Positions 11,553-20,000 of a stretch of 20,000 nucleotides of DNA are shown here, piece after piece. The notes under the pieces are model-generated. The model was given only the letters and a program-made list of their open reading frames with translations, did no database searches and had not been told where the DNA came from. Position 1 is the first letter of the stretch. Each line of letters opens with the position of its first letter. The stretch is from the NCBI GenBank assembly GCA_000697335.1, contig JNEM01009691.1, positions 45,070 through 65,069 on the forward strand, read 5' to 3'. The position numbers and the translations under genes were made by a program. This DNA is from Conidiobolus incongruus B7586. Lineage: Eukaryota.

Positions 11553-13869
11553 ATGATGGACGATTTGATCCCTTTAGTAAATAAGCTACAAGATGTGTTT
11601 AATACTGTGGGTAATGATACTTTAGATTTACCTCAAATTGTCGTAGTTGGGTAATGCTTGAGATCAATCCACTTGTATAATTATTAATTTATTCTTAGCT
11701 CTCAATCCTCTGGCAAGTCTTCTGTATTGGAAAACTTAGTAGGGAGGGACTTTTTACCAAGAGGCAATGGTATTGTCACTAGAAGACCCCTGGTATTGCA
11801 ATTGGTCAATTTACGTGAAGATGCGGACCTTGATCTAACTGAAAGGGCACAATTTCTTCATAACCCTACTAAATTTTATACTGATTTTTCTGAAGTAAGA
11901 CAAGAAATCGAGCAAGAAACAAATCGACTTGCCGGTGAAAATAAAGGCATTTCTAGAAATCCTATTCATTTGAAAATCTTTTCGACTCAAGTTCTCAACT
12001 TAACTGTAGTTGATTTACCTGGTCTCACTAAAGTAAGGTGTTTTTAATTAAATTAAATATAAAAATATTAACAGCAGTTAATTTAGATCCCAATTGGTAA
12101 CACCAATACAAATATTATTCGTATATTTAATATTGATTAATTTTAGGCGATCAACCTTCCGATATTGAGAAACAAACTAGGAGTTTGATTTTGGACTATA
12201 TCAGCAAGCCCAACAGTATTATACTAGCTGTTAGCCCCGCCAATGTAGATTTAGTTAATTCTGAAAGTTTGAAATTAGCCAAAGAGGTTGATCCAGAAGG
12301 TGAGATGCACTGAAATTTATCAGCATTAAACTCTAAACAATTATTCTAGGCAAAAGAACTATTGGTGTCATTACCAAAATAGATTTAATGGATGCTGGAA
12401 CAAACGCACTTGATATCTTAACTGGAAGAGTGCTCAATTTGAAGTTGGGCTTCATCGGAGTGATTAATCGTAGTCAGCAAGACACCATTGCCAAAAAACC
12501 TATTAAAGAATCCTTGGCTGCCGAACTTGAATTCTTCAAATCCCACCCCGCATACAGAAACATTTCTCAGCGTTGCGGCACAGCCCACCTCAGTAAAACT
12601 CTCAACCAAGTATTAGTTAATCACATTCGCGAAAGGTTACCCGATATGAAATCCAAACTAAATACATTGATTGGCCAAACTCAGCAAGAATTACAATATT
12701 ATGGCGATCCCTCCATTGAAAGTCAAGAGAACCAGGGCTTATTAGTACTCAGACTCTTGACTGACTTTGCCAGAAATTTCAACGCTTCGATCGAGGGTAG
12801 CTCTCCTCAACACGGAATCCAATTATGCGGTGGTGCTAAGATTTATGATATCTTCAATAGCATCTTCGGATCCGCTTTGAAATCAATAAGCCCTAACAAG
12901 AACTTGACTTATCAAGATATCCGCACTGCTATTAGAAACTCCACTGGACCTCGTCCCTCTCTTTTTGTTCCCGAAATGGCTTTCGAACTTTTAATCAAAC
13001 CTCAAGTCAAGCTTCTAGAACAACCCAGTATCCGATGTGTTGAACTTGTTTACGAAGAGTTAATGAAGATTGGTCACACCTGCTCCAACAAGGAATTACT
13101 CAAGTATCCCAAGCTCAATGCTAAAATCAATGAAGTTGTCTCAAACTTGTTGAGAGAAAGATTAACTCCTACCATCAACTATGTCGAAAGCTTAATTGAT
13201 ATCCAGTTAGCCTACGTCAACACTATTCATCCCGATTTTATTGGTGCTAAAGGTGCCTTACAAAGCTTGCAAACCCAGCCCTCTCAGCCCAAAGTACAAG
13301 ATTCGTCAGCTAAATCCATTGTGATTCCTAAAGAAAATGTCTCTATGACTGAAACTAACCAGCAAGAAGAGGACGATGAGCAGCTTTTGGATAATTTCTT
13401 TGGAAATCCAACCGATGCTAGCCATAATCAAGTCGAGCAAGTAAGTAATTTGCAATACACTTCATTATATCATAATTAACTTTATTTTTAGCTTGCCAAT
13501 CATATTGATCAACATATGAGACTTAATGAGCATGATGAAAGAGAAATCCAGTTAATCAGTAAGTGCAATGACCTAATAACTTATTGACTTTATTCAAATT
13601 AACTGTATTTTTTAGGATCACTAATTGACTCCTATTTCAAGATCACATCAAAATCTATTCAAGATCTAGTGCCCAAGGCTATCATGCATCTCTTGGTTAA
13701 CTTTACCAAAGACAATTTACAAAACAAGTTAGTCGCCAGCTTATATAAACCCGATTCATTAAATGAGCTCCTTATGGAAGATGAGACGCTTGCTGATGAA
13801 AGGAACAAGTGTAAAGAACTCTTAGATTTGTATAAGAAAGCTTATGAAATTATCAATCAAGCCACTTAA
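11553..13869 (+). CDS. DNM1: Dynamin-related GTPase Dnm1/Drp1 (mitochondrial/peroxisomal fission), about 668 aa; exons 11553-11650, 11699-12032, 12087-12096, 12147-12299, 12350-13440, 13492-13558, 13616-13869
   Basis: [16 protein letters not shown]1 [21 protein letters not shown]3 DLPGLTK.PIGDQP; G4 [16 protein letters not shown] and [15 protein letters not shown] (Dnm1-type rather than Vps1-type as I recall them); [18 protein letters not shown]; no PH or proline-rich domain. Start could be 11553 or 11556. Confidence 0.93.
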
Positions 13870-14182
13870 TCAGTCTTCTGCATTTATTAAATTGATTAAT
13901 AACATAAAGTCATAAAATTAATTAGTCTATATTTATTATAAACAATTTTCATTTTCAATTACAATAAACTATTAAAATCTACAAATATCATGATATTTCT
14001 AACAAATTATTCCTATTATATTAAATATAATTCTGTAAAAAATATTATATATTTTTAAAAAATGCAACTAATGGTATGAAAATAACTGCTATAACATATT
14101 AATTATTGAACTTTTAATAAAAATCTTTCACTATTAAAAAAATTTAAGTTAAATAAAAATTTATATTTATATATAGATTAAT

Positions 14183-14602
14183 CTATTGCTGAGTTGTTTG
14201 TTTGGTGGTAGCGCCGGTAGTAGCTTCAGTTGTCTTCTTCTGAGCTAACTTTTCTTGGAGTAATAATTTCATTTTAGATCCCCATTCGGAAGCCAATTTG
14301 GAATCAGAAGTATGTAATAAATAATTATCTAAACCACCTTTCTTATCAATCGATCTCAAGGCAGAGGTAGATACGGTTAATAAAAAGGATTTGTCGAATA
14401 ATTCGGAATAGAGATATTTTTGATGTACGTTAGGGAACCACTTTCTCTTTGTTTTGTGTAAGGATTTGGGTTTGTTATTTCCTGATAATACTTGCTTGCC
14501 ATCTAATAAATAACCATCTACTCCACGGAAGATCTTATAATACAATCTTCTGTTTTCTCTATTGCTTTTAATGATAGTTCCAAATAATTTAACTGATGAC
14601 AT
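14183..14602 (-). CDS. MRPL24: Mitochondrial large-subunit ribosomal protein bL28m (yeast Mrpl24-like), 139 aa, intronless
   Basis: L28 signature GK....GNN...S..KTKRKWFPNV....LYSE.......L.VST.ALRSIDKKGGLDNYLL; basic, acid-poor N-terminus consistent with a mitochondrial presequence. Confidence 0.9.
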   Translation of the reverse strand: MSSVKLFGTIIKSNRENRRLYYKIFRGVDGYLLDGKQVLSGNNKPKSLHKTKRKWFPNVHQKYLYSELFDKSFLLTVSTSALRSIDKKGGLDNYLLHTSDSKLASEWGSKMKLLLQEKLAQKKTTEATTGATTKQTTQQ

Positions 14603-14730
14603 ATTTTTTAATTATTTTTATATTTTAAATATATTTATCAATATATATCAATTATTATTTTTTTTTAAATTCAATGATAATTATATTCACTTCATTTATT
14701 TAAATATATAAATTCTTTAAAATACTATAA

Positions 14731-14739
14731 TTGTGGGAT
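14731..14739 (-). promoter_or_regulatory. Candidate promoter motif ATCCCACAA, about 130 bp upstream of the bL28m ATG
   Basis: One-base variant of the motif at 3940, 5883 and 11435, in the same gene-relative orientation. Confidence 0.4.
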
Positions 14740-16395
14740 AAATGAAATTATTATTCTCTCTTTTTAATTAATAGTCCTCAAATTTTTAAAAATATTAAAT
14801 TCAATACATTTTATATCATATATAATATTATGATTTATTATGCATTATATTATAAATATATTTGTTTGAAGTCATTTAAACATTCAAAATTACGCTTAAA
14901 TCCAATAAAGCTTTTAATATCAAAACATATTACTTCATTCAACCTGTAATAGTTTATCATTTTAAATATTAATAAATAATTAACAAATTTTGTATGTTCA
15001 AGAGAATCTCACTATATTAATGTCAAATCATTTTTAATTCAAATATTGAAATCAAATTTTTATGTAATATTTCTATTATGTAAAATTTGTTCAATTTAAA
15101 CGTTTTATTATACTATATATTTAGTAATACTTGAACAACTTTTTAAGTTTTAAAAACCAAGGTATATATTGAATAAAATTGAACATAATCGATTTTTACT
15201 TTAAAATAATATCAATAATTGATCTTGAATATGATTCCTTTTCTCTTTTGATCAATAATTATCATTAAAATTCTAAACTGATGATTTCAATGTTTTAGGG
15301 ACTGATTACAGTTTTCACTTTTATAGATATTGATATATTGTTTGAATTAAATAATTAATATTACTTATATTCTGATGATATCGTCGAATAATGCTTTGTA
15401 TATGAATATATCAAAAACCACTATCCTTTCGAACATTCAACCAGATTAATATTTGTTACAAATTTATAAACTTATCAATGGAATATAAATCAGCATAGTA
15501 CAAAATAATAATATATCTTCAATTTTTATATATATTTTTGCAATTGACTATTTTTCATATTTGAATAATTAACTTATTTTGAATAGATTAATTTAATTAA
15601 ATTAATAATTTATTAATTTCAATTCACTATGAATATATGATCAAGCTTAATAGACTTATCAATTATTAGATGATTTTGAAATAATATTTTATTTGCTTAA
15701 AAAGAACGATATAAATATACCAACTACACATTTTATATAGTATATAATGACATTTACCAATTTTGTGAGCTATTCATTGCATGCAGTTTAATTGCAGTTT
15801 CAGCCTAAAATCGTGATAATATTCAAGTTTACATAATGAAATTCTCAATTGCCATTATATTATAGCTATATTCTACTAATTTACTTTTTTATATTCATAT
15901 TCAACAATTTGTAAGGTTTAGTTAATTATATATTTTTCTAAATAATAACCATATCTGAACAACATAAAATATTCTGAATATTGATTTCAGATCTCATTAA
16001 AATGGAGTGTTCTTATCATATGATATTATCATTCAGTTGTAATTAATTTATTTTGAGGTACTTATTAAAAAGTTGAGGAAATTGATGATATATGATAAAT
16101 TATAGTATTTATTAAAAAAGAATGAGAATTACTTCATAATAAAATATATAATTGAAAGAGTGATAGTAATAAATATTGATTATTGTATTATATAACGGAT
16201 ACTGGATGGAACTAATTTTGAAATATCAAAAATCATTACTATCATTAGATTATCATCAACCATGTAATAATATATGGTTAATCATAATATAATATTAAAG
16301 AATAAACATTTAACTTTTAGTAGAATAAAATTATAAAAAACAATATTTATCTAAGCATTCCACCCTTACGTATTCCTTATACATTTTACTATTAA

Positions 16396-16740
16396 CCAAT
16401 TAAATATAATAAAGAAATTTCAATTTCAATTTAAATAATTTTTGGTTCCCCCTTCATAGTTCAATTCTTATTCAATCTTCTTTATATTAATATGATTGGT
16501 TCTAAATTATAGTAAACGATTGGATGATAATCATTGGATATCAACAATTCGTATGATTTGCTTTAATCAAATCATCAACCAATCAAAATCTATTTTAATT
16601 TTTATATTTGTTTCGTCATTATTATTTGAGATAATATTAATAAATTTATAGTAAAATTTACTTATGAAAATACTAAAAAAATATTGAAATGTAATATTAA
16701 AAATTTTTCAAGTTGAAATTGAAATTCTCTAGTATAAATA
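16396..16740 (+). promoter_or_regulatory. Putative promoter of the microprotein gene: five CCAAT boxes plus a TATA box
   Basis: CCAAT at 16396 and 16579; ATTGG at 16495, 16519 and 16533; two of these match AACCAATCA fully. TATAAATA at 16733-16740, about 100 nt before the ATG. Confidence 0.5.
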
Positions 16741-16838
16741 GTGCTGATTTCAATATACTTTATTAATAACTTAGGTATCTAAGATATTTCCATTTTCTTA
16801 TTATCATTTAATATTTCATTTGCCTTCATTTTATCATA

Positions 16839-17094
16839 ATGCCTAAAGTCGCTGCTGACAAGAAGTCAACTGCTAAAGGAGGTAATTATTCCTATTACAT
16901 ATTTATTTTACTTATTAACTCATTGTTTTCCTTTCTCTATAGCTAAGAAGCTCAGCCCATACAATCAATATATGAAAGCTGAACTTCCCAAGTACAAGGA
17001 AAAGAATCCTAACGCTTCTCATAGAGAAGCTTTCAAAGCCGTTGCTGCTACTTGGAAGACCTCCAAAGAAAACCCTGTCAACCAAAAGGCTTAG
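16839..17094 (+). CDS. 64-aa basic YABBY/HMG-box-like microprotein; exons 16839-16881 and 16943-17094
   Basis: Spliced translation MPKVAADKKSTAKGAKKLSPYNQYMKAELPKYKEKNPNASHREAFKAVAATWKTSKENPVNQKA*. 61-nt intron 16882-16942 (GTAATT...ATTAAC...pyrimidine tract...TAG); GC-elevated island with biased codons (GCT, AAG, TAC, AAC); AATAAA at 17241. Confidence 0.88.
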
Positions 17095-19071
17095 ATGTCC
17101 TTACCTTTATTTTCATACTGATAATAACTCACTTGACTGATTTTATTGTGCTTTGCTACTCCTTGGTTCTCTACTATTATAGCTTTGGTTGTACTCTTAG
17201 GTTCTTGTATATATGAGCCCCTTATAGTAATATAATTGATAATAAAGCTGTTTCTGTATTATTAACTTTCATAATATACATGGTTTTGCTTTCATTCTAT
17301 ACTTGATCTATTATTTTCATATATTATACTTATATCAATTTATTATTGCTAACATTTATCAAATGGAAATAAACTTTACTACAATTAGAATGCAACTATT
17401 GAATCTCAATTATTTCATTCTAATTTCGCTATAATCAATTGCACAACATTTCTTAATTATATTCCAATTTTTGAATATCCAAATATTCTATAAATATTCT
17501 ACTAATTAATTTACACATATTAATCTTTATCATAGCTTAAATTTCTCTTCTCAAACTCCAAATTAATTCTGAATTTGATTCAATTGATACAAAAATCAAT
17601 GATAACATGCTAATATACTTTAAAATAGATACTATTTTGAATTTATAGATTAGATAATTCCTTATCTATTATTTCATTGTTTTCAAAGCAATTGTTGAAT
17701 GATGTACTTGAACTATTATACCAATTGATTATTAGGATGATAATTAGCAGTTTTTTGATTATACATATAAAAAGTATTTTAGATATGATAATTTATCATG
17801 TTTAACAACCAATTGATCACTTTAGTGTACCAAAGAGTATTTAATAGTTATAATCTTACCATAGTACCTAGAGATATGTGCCATATAGACTCTGAGTTAT
17901 TTTAATCAATCTTAATTTCTCGTGTTCTGATTGTTCAGCTTTAGGTCATATATAATGAATGGTGGCTTTACATATTGTTAATACCACTTTATCCTTGTAA
18001 AAATTTTATAGTATTTGCAAATCTTTATCATAATGTGTTAAATATGTATATTTATTCTCATTAATCAACCTATTAAATTGAATATTTTTTTTCAAAATTA
18101 TAAGACTTATTGAAAAATTGATTGGTTCTTAAGTGAGAGAATATTAACATTTAAATATATTAAAAATAGCAAAACCTTAGATATCAAAATTTATCAACGA
18201 AAAATATTTGAGATATTTTTTCTCATTATCATTGGTTTCAAATCAAATTTTCAAAAATAAGTTGTTTTTTGTTCATTAGTTTTATTAAAATATAAAAATT
18301 AAAACCTTGTTGATATTTGTATTTTTTAAATTGGTTGCTCTACAAAACAGATTAAATATTGATCTTGAAATATAAGTCAAGAAAAGCAAAGATTCCACCT
18401 TATCAATGATAATAGGATATATAAAAGATATATTAAATATCATAACAAAATTGCTTTTAACTAATTTTTTCCCTATTTTGTAAATGCTATAATAATATAT
18501 ATAATAATATTTTCTTAAATATATGATATACATTCAAATAATATATGAAACTTTATTTTGATCCGTAATTATATAATTTTAATTTTATAAAAATTCATAA
18601 TATTATAAATTTTATTATTATTAAATTTTAATACTTTAATATTATAAGTTAATTTATTTAACTAATTGATATAATTATTAAATCTAATATTCATTAATAG
18701 AATTCTATTTTCTTGTTATAATAAATCGAAATATATCCAAATTTTATAGTTAATATAATATATATTTTATATAACTAATTTTATATCTTTATACTCAAAA
18801 AAATCCTATTATTTTAGTATTTTTTTTAAAATATAAAGCTCTAGTAAATAGTGATAATATTTGATATAATTGAATAACTATACAATTAAGGATATATTAT
18901 TAATAACAAAATAAAATCATAGGCAAACAAATGAATTTAAAATATTTTGATATATAGTACCCTTGTTCATGACTTTAATGAAGTCAATAAATTGATGGAT
19001 GTTTTATAATGAACACTATAATTAATTATCTAAACAATGATATTACATAAAGAAATTAAAACCATTAACTG

Positions 19072-19082
19072 TTCGCGCCAAA
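19072..19082. promoter_or_regulatory. E2F-type element TTCGCGCCAAA
   Basis: The reverse complement TTTGGCGCGAA matches TTTSSCGC; isolated CG-rich word in near-pure AT DNA; target gene not visible in the window. Confidence 0.35.
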
Positions 19083-20000
19083 GGTATAGTAATTTGATTA
19101 ATCAATTTCAATTGATTTTATCTAAAATCATGAATCTGATAAGTTATTTAAAATAATAAATTAAATTATGCAAACTAATCAAAAACACAATATCAATATA
19201 TAAACAATATATTGTATTTAGAACTAGATAAAATAAGTAAGATAAAAATTAAAATTATAAAATATTATGGTAATATTATAAGGATTTAAGGAATAACTAT
19301 ATAAATATCAGTATTAATATTGACTTATAATATTATCATATTATTAAAAATATTATATTTTGTTCTTATATATACTATCTTTAAAAATTAATTAATTTAA
19401 AACTATTTTTAATTTATATATTAAAACTATATATCTAGATAAGTTAAAATTATTCAAATAGCATATATATATATCAGCTTTAATATCATATTCAATAATT
19501 CAATGAAATGATATTTTTGATAAAATAAAACAAAACTTTAATATTTTATTTTAAATAAATTCAATATATACGTTTTAAATAATTTTAAAATAATATTAAT
19601 ATAAATGAAATTAAAAGGATATTAATAAGAAAAATAATCTCATTAACCTTGTAAATTTCTATTAATCATTATTTGGATTGAAATATAAAACTCAAGATAT
19701 ATAATTAAAATAATAAGATAATATTAATGTGAGTAATTTCAAAGATAAGGAAATAATAAAGATTGTTATTAATAATATAAATAGCTAATTTCCAGAGAAT
19801 AAAAAAAGAGATATTAATCAAATAAATAAATTTAATTTATTTATAATTAATATATATATTAATGCTTTTATATAATATAATTATCAAAGAATCTATATTT
19901 ATTTCAATTTTATTAAGTATCAATAATAACTATTTTTAACTTTAATTAAATAATATATAAGAATTATTATATTTTTATTATTCCAAATCTATATAGTGAT

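Noticed and set aside
15587..15606. 20-bp perfect palindrome ATTAATTTAATTAAATTAAT
   Set aside because: Pure A/T; expected by chance at this composition.
16416..16726. 14-bp inverted repeat AATTTCAATTTCAA / TTGAAATTGAAATT as possible MITE ends
   Set aside because: Low complexity, no target-site duplication and no second copy in the window.
17700..18000. Slightly GC-elevated patch as a possible hidden exon or transposon relic
   Set aside because: The frames I translated are closed by stops; no coherent splice model or recognisable motif.
18285..18533. 82-aa minus-strand ORF
   Set aside because: Low-complexity AT-derived composition, with no codon bias or motif.

Overview
Very AT-rich eukaryotic DNA, most likely from an early-diverging (non-Dikarya) fungus; the taxon is inferred from fungal-type proteins, short GT-AG introns and retention of an animal-like RUN-FYVE gene. 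I assembled eight spliced protein-coding genes by hand, with 23 introns (21 of them 48-61 nt): TRM82/WDR4 (+), a RUFY-like RUN-coiled-coil-FYVE protein (-), CNS1/TTC4 (-) head-to-head with RIO2 (+), SEC1/Munc18 (-) divergent from DNM1/Drp1 (+, with a 10-nt microexon), mitochondrial bL28m (-), and a 64-aa two-exon YABBY/HMG-like microprotein (+) absent from the ORF track. I found no RNA genes, mobile elements or CRISPR arrays, and no evidence of a novel multi-gene system. The most interesting signals are: (i) the YABBY-like microprotein with a CCAAT-box cluster and TATA box upstream; (ii) a RUFY-type gene in a fungus, with a Cys-to-Asp FYVE zinc ligand and a stop-free intron whose retention would give a FYVE-less, hydrophobic-tailed isoform; (iii) a recurrent oriented promoter motif ATCCCAYAA 100-200 bp upstream of four genes; (iv) an isolated E2F-type site in near-pure AT DNA.
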